A stretch of 54,212 nucleotides of DNA. Origin: an uncultured virus (IMG/VR IMGVR_UViG_3300046691_000407) (Duplodnaviria; Heunggongvirae; Uroviricota; Caudoviricetes). Under the pieces are notes generated by a model. It was not told the origin of the DNA. It did no database searches and worked only from the letters and a program-made list of their open reading frames with translations. Shown here piece by piece: positions 19,500 through 27,028 of the stretch. The DNA lies in IMG/VR virus record IMGVR_UViG_3300046691_000407; one strand, given 5' to 3'. Positions within the stretch are counted from its first letter, which is position 1; the number at the start of each line of letters is the position of its first letter. Made by a program: the position numbers and the translations under genes.

Positions 19500-20306
19500 T
19501 TGCCGAACCACGTCACCAACCGCTGCAGGCTCGAAGGTACTGCGGAAGACATCGCCGCCTTCATGGAGCTGATGATCGTAGAGGGAGAGGAATACGGTGA
19601 GAAGGTCGAGGCGTTCGACTTCGAGCGCCTCGTTCCGATGCCCGAGAGCCTGAAAGAGGTCGAGGACAGCACGAACTCCAATCTCTTCCTCCATATCCTG
19701 CGCCGCGATGCAGAGATGCTGAATGCCTGGAGCTGGATGAACCAGTTCCGCAACGAATGCCTCGGCCCCTTCGCCGACGGAGCGGTCATGGACGACGAGA
19801 CGCTCGAGGCGCATCTCGAAGCCGTCGATCCCGCCGCGCTGAAGAGCGCCAAGGCGATGGTTCGGTCGCTCGCGGAGACGGGCTACATTTCCTGGTACGA
19901 CTGGTCGATCGCCAAATGGGGCACGAAATGGAACGCCTACAGTTTCTCGCGCCTGCCGGACGAGCCATCCGCGTTCAAGTTCGACACCGCGTGGGCTCCT
20001 CCGGTTCGGGTGTTCAAGGCGCTGGCTGAACGCTTCCCCAATCTCGGGATCTACTGCGCGAGCTTCGACGAGGGCTGGGGTTTTGCCTGCGAGGGCTGGT
20101 TCAACCCGCCCGAGGGAGAGTCGGAATACAGCGAGTTCGAGGCGACGGACGAGTTGTACGAGAAGGTCTACGGCGCTCCGCCCGAAAGGGACGAGGACGA
20201 GGATGAAGACGAGGACAGCGAAGTCGATGTCGAAGCTCAGTCCGACGAAGCCGACGAGGACGAGGCCGCCAAGGACGAAGGCGACAAGCCGATCTGGTCG
20301 GCCTGA
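19500..20306 (+). CDS. DUF1281/YubB ferredoxin-like domain protein
   Basis: TTG start with AGGAG RBS; PNHVTN, FDFERLVPMP, WYDWSIAKWGTKWN, FDTAWAPP; acidic tail ending DKPIWSA. Confidence 0.8.
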   Translation: MPNHVTNRCRLEGTAEDIAAFMELMIVEGEEYGEKVEAFDFERLVPMPESLKEVEDSTNSNLFLHILRRDAEMLNAWSWMNQFRNECLGPFADGAVMDDETLEAHLEAVDPAALKSAKAMVRSLAETGYISWYDWSIAKWGTKWNAYSFSRLPDEPSAFKFDTAWAPPVRVFKALAERFPNLGIYCASFDEGWGFACEGWFNPPEGESEYSEFEATDELYEKVYGAPPERDEDEDEDEDSEVDVEAQSDEADEDEAAKDEGDKPIWSA

Positions 20307-20383
20307 CACAATCGTGGCGGTCCCTTGTTGTCGGCCGGCCGCCACCCTCATTCCATGATGCCGCTCTATGCGAAGGGTTCCCC

Positions 20384-20581
20384 ATGCTCCGCGAAATCGA
20401 TCCCATCAGCGTCGTCGGCGTGGCAGCCGCGGCAGCGATCGCCATCTTCTTCCATCAGTGGGACAGGAGCCTGTCAGAATCCCTGAAGGATCCGGGCATG
20501 CGCACGCTCGTCGTGAAGCCTTCGGTGCCGGATGCGGCTCCGATGCGGTCGTTGAAGGAATCGCGTCCGTTCGCGCAATAA
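20384..20581 (+). CDS. Small membrane protein
   Basis: Hydrophobic ISVVGVAAAAAIAIFF. Confidence 0.45.
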   Translation: MLREIDPISVVGVAAAAAIAIFFHQWDRSLSESLKDPGMRTLVVKPSVPDAAPMRSLKESRPFAQ

Positions 20582-20663
20582 TTGTTGACAATGGAAGCTA
20601 CTGGTCTAAGTTCGCATGCAAGCGGGCAATCTGCCCCAAGGCATTCGAACAGGAGGTTCAGCA

Positions 20664-20891
20664 ATGGCGAAAAAGAAGGATGTCCTCGCTCTGATCAAGG
20701 CCGCGGTTCCGGTCGGCGAGGCGCGCGGCCTGCGTGAACTGGCAACCCAGCTCCGGACATCGATGAAGGCCGTCATCGACGAGGTCGAAGGCAGCTATGC
20801 CGGTCTCGACCTGCTTGTCGGAGTTCGCAGCAATGCGGGAGTGGCCTCGCTGCCGCGCCGCGATTGGCAAGTCGAACACTATCAGGCCTGA
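20664..20891 (+). CDS. Hypothetical protein
   Basis: AGGAGG RBS; TTGACA promoter at 20585. Confidence 0.7.
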   Translation: MAKKKDVLALIKAAVPVGEARGLRELATQLRTSMKAVIDEVEGSYAGLDLLVGVRSNAGVASLPRRDWQVEHYQA

Positions 20892-20903
20892 CGGCGAAGG
20901 AAC

Positions 20904-21149
20904 ATGTACATGCTTCAGCAGAAACTCCACTACGCGAAGGACTCTTCGGGCCGCGTCGTCTGTCTTGCGGACATGTCCGGCTACAAGCGCGGCGACCAGC
21001 AGAGCGAAATCATCGTGCTCTCAGCATCCGAGATCACAACGGAGACCGTCTTCCTGTGCAGCGGACAGGCCACTCTCGACGAAACTATGGAGCAGTACGG
21101 CTTGAGCGGCTTCACGTTGCATGAGGCTTCCGCCACCGTGACCCTGTAG
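20904..21149 (+). CDS. Hypothetical protein
   Basis: AAGGA RBS; directly follows the upstream gene. Confidence 0.6.
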   Translation: MYMLQQKLHYAKDSSGRVVCLADMSGYKRGDQQSEIIVLSASEITTETVFLCSGQATLDETMEQYGLSGFTLHEASATVTL

Positions 21150-21181
21150 GGCGAATCCTGATTTTCGCGACGAGCCGGCGC

Positions 21182-21211
21182 TTGACGCGCCTTTGCATTC
21201 TGCAATACCTT
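21182..21211 (+). promoter_or_regulatory. Promoter of RNA cassette 1 with TTGCA-N3-TGCAA palindrome
   Basis: TTGACG at 21182; TTGCATTCTGCAA at 21193-21205. Confidence 0.55.
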
Positions 21212-21217
21212 TGATCC

Positions 21218-21288
21218 AGACGAGATCAAACGCGTTGGGTTTTCACTGCAAATGAAACCGCCCCATCGCACTCCATCAGCACTCGTCT
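21218..21288 (+). ncRNA. Short Y-like hairpin RNA with anticodon-like loop CUGCAAA
   Basis: AGACGAG/CTCGTCT, GCGTTGGG/CCCATCGC and GGTTTTCA/TGAAACC helices; homologous to 22141-22213. Confidence 0.65.
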
Positions 21289-21440
21289 GTCTTCTCTGGC
21301 GATGTCGAAATCCTTGATTTTGGTCATCCACCGTGGGTCGCAGGTTCGATCCCTGCCCGGAGTCCGCTCCGGTAGCTCAGCGGGAGAGCAACAGTCCAAA
21401 GCCGATTTCAGCCTCAGCATTCGGCATCGCCAGAGAAGAC
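21289..21440 (+). ncRNA. yrlA: YrlA-like Y RNA (circularly permuted tRNA mimic), copy 1
   Basis: Terminal stem GTCTTCTCTGGCGATGTCGAA/TTCGGCATCGCCAGAGAAGAC encloses T-arm GCAGG-TTCGATC-CCTGC, acceptor stem closed by a TCCG loop, then D-arm TAGCTCAGCGGGAGAGC; near a Ro60 gene. Confidence 0.85.
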
Positions 21441-21506
21441 CCGACCTTTGTCGGTTGCGTCCGGGACATCGATCCTTGACCATCATCATTGATGGAGGGC
21501 GCATAC

Positions 21507-22076
21507 ATGACGAGACTTAGGGAACTTCTCAGCGACAAGCCGTTGCTGGCGGCATACGTGGCCGTCGCCGTTACCGCCATGGCCACCGGAACGCTCGCCT
21601 TCGACAAGATAGACAAGGTCGCCCGCATGATGGACGGCGAGCTCGTCACCGTATCCCAGGCGGTCAAGATGGATGGCCGCGCCAACGAGGCCGTCAAGAC
21701 GATGACGAGCTTGGTGGTGGGCTTGACGGATGCCGGGCAGATCAACGATGTGGCCGCCCTAAGGGACCGGCTACGGGAGGTCAGCAGCGAGCTTCACAGC
21801 ATCCATTACCCGCTGCCAGAAGGAAAGTCCGGCCGCTCTCCCGATCCTCTGGCGGTCTACGCCGACCAGCTCCAGGCGAAGGGCATCCAACTGCAGAACG
21901 CAATCTGGGCGCTGAATGTATGGGAGTTTTTGGCGGCGGACGGAAAACTTGACGCCGCTGAGAAGCAGCGGGACAAGCTCCTCGACATCCTCACAAAGGT
22001 GGATGGAGCCGCTGCTTCGGGTCGTGCGAGCGAAACCTTCACTTGGCAGGAAGTAGCCTTTTCTCCGAATCCTTGA
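21507..22076 (+). CDS. Hypothetical protein with N-terminal TM/signal segment, between the two RNA cassettes
   Basis: GGAGG RBS; LLAAYVAVAVTAMATGTLAF. Confidence 0.7.
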   Translation: MTRLRELLSDKPLLAAYVAVAVTAMATGTLAFDKIDKVARMMDGELVTVSQAVKMDGRANEAVKTMTSLVVGLTDAGQINDVAALRDRLREVSSELHSIHYPLPEGKSGRSPDPLAVYADQLQAKGIQLQNAIWALNVWEFLAADGKLDAAEKQRDKLLDILTKVDGAAASGRASETFTWQEVAFSPNP

Positions 22077-22095
22077 AAAACTTTCCGCCGGCCTC

Positions 22096-22124
22096 TTGCG
22101 CGACATTGCAAAATGCAAAATCAT
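22096..22124 (+). promoter_or_regulatory. Promoter of RNA cassette 2/rsr with TTGCA-N3-TGCAA palindrome
   Basis: TTGCGC at 22096; TTGCAAAATGCAA at 22106-22118. Confidence 0.5.
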
Positions 22125-22140
22125 AAGACTGTAATTGATT

Positions 22141-22213
22141 GAGACGAACTCCCTGGCGTTGGGTCATCACTTGAAATGATACCATCCCATCGCCGCCATC
22201 CAGCGTTCGTTTC
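22141..22213 (+). ncRNA. Short Y-like hairpin RNA with anticodon-like loop CUUGAAA
   Basis: GAGACGAAC/GTTCGTTTC, GGCGTTGGG/CCCATCGCC and GGTCATCA/TGATACC helices. Confidence 0.65.
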
Positions 22214-22381
22214 GTCAAGTTACGGAGACCGCGAAATCCTCGGATTCGGTTATCGCAATGGAAGCCGGCATACATGGGTTCGATTCCCATCCGCCCCGCC
22301 ATCTATGGGGAGGTAGCCAAGTGGTAAGGCACCGAAAATACCGATCCATCCCCGCCTTCGCGGCCTCCGTAAACTGACGAA
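22211..22381 (+). ncRNA. yrlA: YrlA-like Y RNA (circularly permuted tRNA mimic), copy 2
   Basis: Terminal stem TTCGTCAAGTTACGGAGACCGCGAA/TTCGCGGCCTCCGTAAACTGACGAA; T-arm ATGGG-TTCGATT-CCCAT, CCGCCCC-G-CCA, 5-nt linker, GGGGAGG, D-arm TAGCCAAGTGGTAAGGC; about 30 nt upstream of Ro60. Confidence 0.88.
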
Positions 22382-22412
22382 CGACGCGCACAATCCGAAA
22401 GGAATGGGACCC

Positions 22413-23993
22413 ATGTCCTACGCATCGCTCGTCGCCTCCACTCGTGTCTCCCAGAGGGAGCAGCTCAACGACCGCCAGATCCTCAACAACGCAGGCGGCT
22501 ACGTCTACGCGCTCGACATGTGGGCGCGTCTCGACCGCTTCCTGATCCTCGGATCCGACGCTCCGACCTACTACCAGTCGGCCCGGAAGCTGACCCGCGA
22601 AAACGCCCGGGTCGTCGAGGAGTGCTGGAAGGCCGACCACACCCGCACGGCGGAGCGCATCTGCGAGATCTCGGTCTCCGGGCGCGCGCCGAAGAACTCC
22701 CCGGCGATCTTCGCCATCGCGCTTGGCGCGACGCTCGATTCCGTCGACGTCCGACGCTCGGCGCTGGTGTCCGTGTCCCGCGTCTGCCGCACTGCGTCGC
22801 ATCTCTTCGAGTTCGCCTCGCTGCTCGACGCGCTCGGCCGGGGCTGGGGCCGCGCGGTCGCGCGCACGTTCGACAAGTGGTATGCGGACCGTTCGGTCGG
22901 CACGCTCGCGAACCAGATGACCAAGTACCGCAGCAGGAATGGCTACACGCATGGACGAGTCCTTCAGCGCGTGCATCCAAAGGTGGCCGAATCCGACCAG
23001 GAGCGTGTGGCGCTGATGCGCTGGGCGTGCGGCGGACGCATCGAGAACTACCCGCTGCCAGACAAGCTCGTCGGCCATCTCGCGGCAATGAAGACGGAGA
23101 AGGCTTCCGAGCTGGTGCCGCTCATCGAGCGGCATTCGCTCACGTGGGAGCAGGTTCCGACCTGGGCGCTGAAGGATGCGAAGGTCTGGGAGGCTCTCCT
23201 GCCGAACCTCGGCATGACGGCGCTGCTCAGGAATCTTTCGACTCTGACGGAGGTCGGCGTGGTAAAGCCGCTCGGCGGCCGCACGTCGGACATCGCCGAC
23301 CGCCTGTGCGACGCGGCTCTCGTCCGCGAGGAGAAGCTGCATCCGTATGCGATCCTCAACGCTCTGGCAGTCTACCGCCGCGGCAAGTCCGTGCTCGGTG
23401 ACCGCACGTGGAATCCGGTGTCGGCGATCAGCGACGCCCTCGACGAGGCATTCTACCTCGCCTTTGGCAACGTGGAGCCGACGGGCAAGCGCCATCTCCT
23501 TGCGCTCGACGTGTCGGGTTCGATGGGCACCAGCCTCATCGGCGGCATCCTGTCGGCACGCGAAGCTTCGGCGGCCATGTCGATGGTCACGGCGCGGTCG
23601 GAGAAGCATCACCACTTCGTGGGCTTCTCCTCCTCGATCGTCGATCTCAAGATCGGCGCGAGGATGAGCCTGCCGGAGGTCGAGCGCGTCATCTCGGATA
23701 TTCCGTTTCGCGGAACCGACTGCGCCGCGCCGATGCTGCATGCGATGAACAACGGGCTCGAGGTCGACGTCTTCGTCGTCTACACGGACAACGAGACCTG
23801 GCAGGGGCGCATCCACGCGTCCGAGGCGCTGAAGATGTACCGCAAGGCGACCGGTATTCCGGCGAAGCTCGTCGTGGTCGGCATGACGGCGACGAGCTGC
23901 TCGATCGCCGATCCGAACGATCCGGGGATGCTCGACATCGTCGGCTTCGATTCCAACGCGGTCTCCCTCATGGCGGATTTCGTCCGCTCATGA
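22413..23993 (+). CDS. rsr: Ro60/TROVE domain RNA-binding protein with vWA domain (Rsr)
   Basis: NNAGGY, RFLILGS..TYY, HLFEF, GWGR, KYRSRNGYTH, MTALLRNL, LHP, MIDAS DVSGSM, GTDC, YTDNETW, GMLDIVGFDS. Confidence 0.96.
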   Translation: MSYASLVASTRVSQREQLNDRQILNNAGGYVYALDMWARLDRFLILGSDAPTYYQSARKLTRENARVVEECWKADHTRTAERICEISVSGRAPKNSPAIFAIALGATLDSVDVRRSALVSVSRVCRTASHLFEFASLLDALGRGWGRAVARTFDKWYADRSVGTLANQMTKYRSRNGYTHGRVLQRVHPKVAESDQERVALMRWACGGRIENYPLPDKLVGHLAAMKTEKASELVPLIERHSLTWEQVPTWALKDAKVWEALLPNLGMTALLRNLSTLTEVGVVKPLGGRTSDIADRLCDAALVREEKLHPYAILNALAVYRRGKSVLGDRTWNPVSAISDALDEAFYLAFGNVEPTGKRHLLALDVSGSMGTSLIGGILSAREASAAMSMVTARSEKHHHFVGFSSSIVDLKIGARMSLPEVERVISDIPFRGTDCAAPMLHAMNNGLEVDVFVVYTDNETWQGRIHASEALKMYRKATGIPAKLVVVGMTATSCSIADPNDPGMLDIVGFDSNAVSLMADFVRS

Positions 23994-24523
23994 ACGCAGG
24001 GGATCTCGAGAGCGCCAGTCAGCTACTCTTTCCCGAACAGGGAAAGAACGCGCTGGCGGCCGCCCTCGGGATCGATCCCTCGACGCTCTGGCGATATGCG
24101 CAGCGTGGAAGGATCCCCGGCCCGGTAAGCGCCGCCGTCGCGTCATGGCTGGTGCTGAAGCGAGATTTCGACCTCGATCCTCCCGCAGAACCATGCTCGA
24201 CACGCGACATCGAGGAACTGGCGGAAATGGCGGATCCCGGCATCCGCAGGCGAAGCGGCCTTCTCGGCATCGAGGCGGCCGCTTCCGTTGTTTTCGGAGA
24301 AGGGTGGAAGGGCAAGCTGGCTTCGGCCCTCGGGGTCGACTACAGCACCATCTGGCGGCAGATCACCTCGGAGAACATCCAGGGGCCAGTCATGGCCGCC
24401 ATCAGGGCATGGACGGTTCTGACGCGGCTCGGCGGCACCCTCCCCGGCAATCCGGCGGATGCTCCCCGTAGCACCCGCCGGCAGACGCCGAAATACGCCA
24501 GGTTGCTGCTCGAGGACGACTAG
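23990..24523 (+). CDS. Protein with two tandem HTH-like repeats
   Basis: ATGA overlap with rsr; LAAALGIDPSTLWR..GPVSAAV and LASALGVDYSTIWR..GPVMAAI. Confidence 0.8.
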   Translation: MNAGDLESASQLLFPEQGKNALAAALGIDPSTLWRYAQRGRIPGPVSAAVASWLVLKRDFDLDPPAEPCSTRDIEELAEMADPGIRRRSGLLGIEAAASVVFGEGWKGKLASALGVDYSTIWRQITSENIQGPVMAAIRAWTVLTRLGGTLPGNPADAPRSTRRQTPKYARLLLEDD

Positions 24524-24616
24524 CTTTCCTAGTACTTTCCAGAGGCCTCGCATCCAGTCCTTGCATCGGTATGTGCTTTCCCTGTCCAATTGAAGGGAGG
24601 CAACAAGGATCCGTGC

Positions 24617-25195
24617 ATGGAAGAGATTGACGCAAGCGTGGCAGACACGAAGAAGAAAAAGTGGCTGACCCCGAAACAGAAGAACTGGATGCATGGCCTC
24701 TACTCGGCCGCCCTCGTGGGGATGGTCGTGGCGACGCACTTCGCGACGGTCGGCAACAGTCGTGGCTTCCTGCTCGGAACCGCTGAGACCACGATAGCGG
24801 CCGCGGTGGCCATCGGGCTTATCGTGCCGCTCATCGCCATGCGGATCGTGGAATTCAGCAAGACGTTGTCCGGAGACAGGGCCGTCATCGGGGTGATGAT
24901 CGGAACCATTGTCCTCATCGCCGGTGCCGTCCCCCTTCAACTGATGGCTCTCGATCTGAACCGGAGAATGGATGTCACCGAGGCCTACCTGCGCGGATAC
25001 AGCGCCGCGACGCGGGTCGGCCGCATCGCCGAGAAGCAGCCTCAGGATGCCCGCAAGATCGGAAACTTGGTCGGCTTCGAGATAATGAGGGAGGCTCTGG
25101 GGCCGACCTTCCCCGCAGCGATGGTCGATGAGATGGACGGCAAGATCGCCGCCCGCTGGAAGGAACTCGGCTTCGACAAGTCGCCGGATCTTTGA
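24617..25195 (+). CDS. Hypothetical membrane protein (about 3 TM)
   Basis: Three hydrophobic segments. Confidence 0.75.
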   Translation: MEEIDASVADTKKKKWLTPKQKNWMHGLYSAALVGMVVATHFATVGNSRGFLLGTAETTIAAAVAIGLIVPLIAMRIVEFSKTLSGDRAVIGVMIGTIVLIAGAVPLQLMALDLNRRMDVTEAYLRGYSAATRVGRIAEKQPQDARKIGNLVGFEIMREALGPTFPAAMVDEMDGKIAARWKELGFDKSPDL

Positions 25196-25269
25196 ACTCT
25201 AACCGATGCGCCTGCGGTCGGTGCCGACCGCAGGCGTTCCCGACACCGCGATAACGGCCTGGATCGCCG

Positions 25270-25995
25270 TTATCGCGCCAGTGTCGTTCCGGACAGCGGG
25301 TTGGCCTCCAGATAGAGTGGGAAGACTTCGTTGTAGCCGCTCTCGAGGTAGTCCTCGAGTTTGCCAGCCGTGGCAAGTGCGGCGACCGCGGTGAGGTAGG
25401 CGTGGATCATCTTGTTGTCGGCGAAGTCGACACCTTCGTTCAGATCCATGTACTCACGTTCCCAGGGGTTGGCACGTCGGACTTCTGGTGAGCGCCACGA
25501 GTGGTGAAGAGCTGTCGCGATGCTGCTGATCGTCTCCAGAGGATCGAGGGGGCTGCGGTTGTCGTCGTAGATGTCGATGTTGTAGTAGCTGTCGAACCAC
25601 GAGTGCTCATACTCCTCGTAGGCTTCCAGAACGCGGCCTTGCACTTCCCTGCCGGAATCCTTCAGGCACAAGACCGCGACCCAGAGAGCCTTGGCGGCCC
25701 ATTCCTCCTTGTCCGTATGGAGAGATGCATCCTCCGCGAGATCCTCCGCGATCCGCTCCAGGACATCGAGAGGCTGGTCGCCGCCGACAGTATCTGCGCG
25801 AGCTTCGACAGGAGCGTGGACGCGCGCAGGTCCGATGCGGGAGATGCTTTGGATCTCCACGTCGTCCGTACGGCTGTGGAGGACGACCAGGCGTTCGGTG
25901 GCGGTCTTGGCGGCGGCCATGAAGTCCGCCCCTTTCACGACAAGCTTTTCCGCGCGGCCATTCACCAGGTATTCGACATCAAACTTTTTCGACAT
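25270..25995 (-). CDS. Hypothetical protein
   Basis: GGAGA RBS then MSKKFDVEYL. Confidence 0.75.
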   Translation of the reverse strand: MSKKFDVEYLVNGRAEKLVVKGADFMAAAKTATERLVVLHSRTDDVEIQSISRIGPARVHAPVEARADTVGGDQPLDVLERIAEDLAEDASLHTDKEEWAAKALWVAVLCLKDSGREVQGRVLEAYEEYEHSWFDSYYNIDIYDDNRSPLDPLETISSIATALHHSWRSPEVRRANPWEREYMDLNEGVDFADNKMIHAYLTAVAALATAGKLEDYLESGYNEVFPLYLEANPLSGTTLAR

Positions 25996-26075
25996 ATCGG
26001 ACATCTCCATTTGCATTCCCGGCCAAGCTATGCGGCTGCAATGCAATGAACCCGATTTGTTTGAAGATGGTGAGA

Positions 26076-26228
26076 AGACTGCCCTTGCCCCGGCCGGTCG
26101 ATGGCCTGAGCCACCGCCTGCTCCAAGTCGCAACCGGAAGCAGAGACTTGCGCCACTCGGATCCCAAGGCCGCAGCCCTGACGGATTTGCCGGGTCGTCC
26201 CCGGATCCCCGCGGAGGAGGACAGTCCT
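26076..26228 (-). ncRNA. Candidate structured leader or ncRNA
   Basis: 10-bp closing stem GGACTGTCCT/AGGGCAGTCT with several internal hairpins, starting at the predicted TSS of a TTGACA-17-TATGAC promoter (26235-26263). Confidence 0.45.
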
Positions 26229-26339
26229 GAAGGAGTCATAGGACTGGCAATTGCGGTTGTCAACAATCAATCGAATCCTTGCTTTCGCCTCGATTGTGGC
26301 GGCTGAATGATGGTCTCATGTGAACGAAGGATATCCAGC

Positions 26340-26678
26340 ATGACCGACATCAACGAAACCATCCGCGCTGACATCACCGGAAACGACGTCGTCCTCTACA
26401 TGAAGGGCACGCCGGAAGCGCCGCAGTGCGGCTTCTCCGCCCAGGTCGTCCGCATCCTGAAGGCCTTCGGCGTCACCTACAAGGCGGTCGACGTTCTCGC
26501 CGACTGGGAGATCCGCGATGGCATCAAGCAGTTCACCAACTGGCCGACGATCCCGCAGCTCTACGTGAAGGGCGAATTCGTCGGCGGCTGCGACATCGTC
26601 ACCGAGATGGTGGGCAGCGGCGAGCTGAAGGCCCTCTTCATCGAGAAGGTCGTCGGCTCTTCCCTCCAGGCTGCCTGA
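26340..26678 (+). CDS. grxD: Monothiol glutaredoxin (Grx4 family)
   Basis: MKGTP..PQCGFS, WPTIPQLYVKGEFVGGCDI. Confidence 0.95.
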   Translation: MTDINETIRADITGNDVVLYMKGTPEAPQCGFSAQVVRILKAFGVTYKAVDVLADWEIRDGIKQFTNWPTIPQLYVKGEFVGGCDIVTEMVGSGELKALFIEKVVGSSLQAA

Positions 26679-26692
26679 TCGGAGGACGGCAC

Positions 26693-27028
26693 ATGGGATA
26701 CACGCACTATGCTGGCGGCCTCGCCGCCATGGCGCAGGCCGACTTCCGCTATGCGCAGCGCTTCATCGAGAGGCAGACGGGACTGAAACTGGATCGCGCC
26801 CAGGTGGATGCGCTCTGGCGCACGTCGGGATCCAGGGTCATCGTGGCTGAAGTGGGCGTTGTCAGGCCGGGCATCTGCATAGCCATGGTGGACATCCTGT
26901 GCAATCGCCTGGTCGGGACAGACTGGCCACTCAACGGCGACCAGGGCGAGGACGGCGCCTTCTTCCACCGCTTCACGACTGCGGCGATCGCTGCTGGCTA
27001 CGAGGTTCCGGAGAGGGCTGCGGCATGA
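26693..27028 (+). CDS. Hypothetical protein
   Basis: GGAGG RBS then MGYTHY. Confidence 0.65.
   Translation: MGYTHYAGGLAAMAQADFRYAQRFIERQTGLKLDRAQVDALWRTSGSRVIVAEVGVVRPGICIAMVDILCNRLVGTDWPLNGDQGEDGAFFHRFTTAAIAAGYEVPERAAA

Noticed and set aside
20185..20285. GACGAG-rich tract as a DNA repeat element
   Set aside because: Explained by the Asp/Glu-rich protein tail.
21180..22125. Sigma54 (RtcR-type) promoters suggested by TTGCA
   Set aside because: No TGGCAC at the required -24 spacing in either cassette.
21330..22335. Canonical tRNA genes or an integration (att) site at the two GGTTCGA T-loops
   Set aside because: The T-arm precedes the D-arm, there is no contiguous anticodon arm, both are enclosed by long stems beside rsr, and no integrase is visible.
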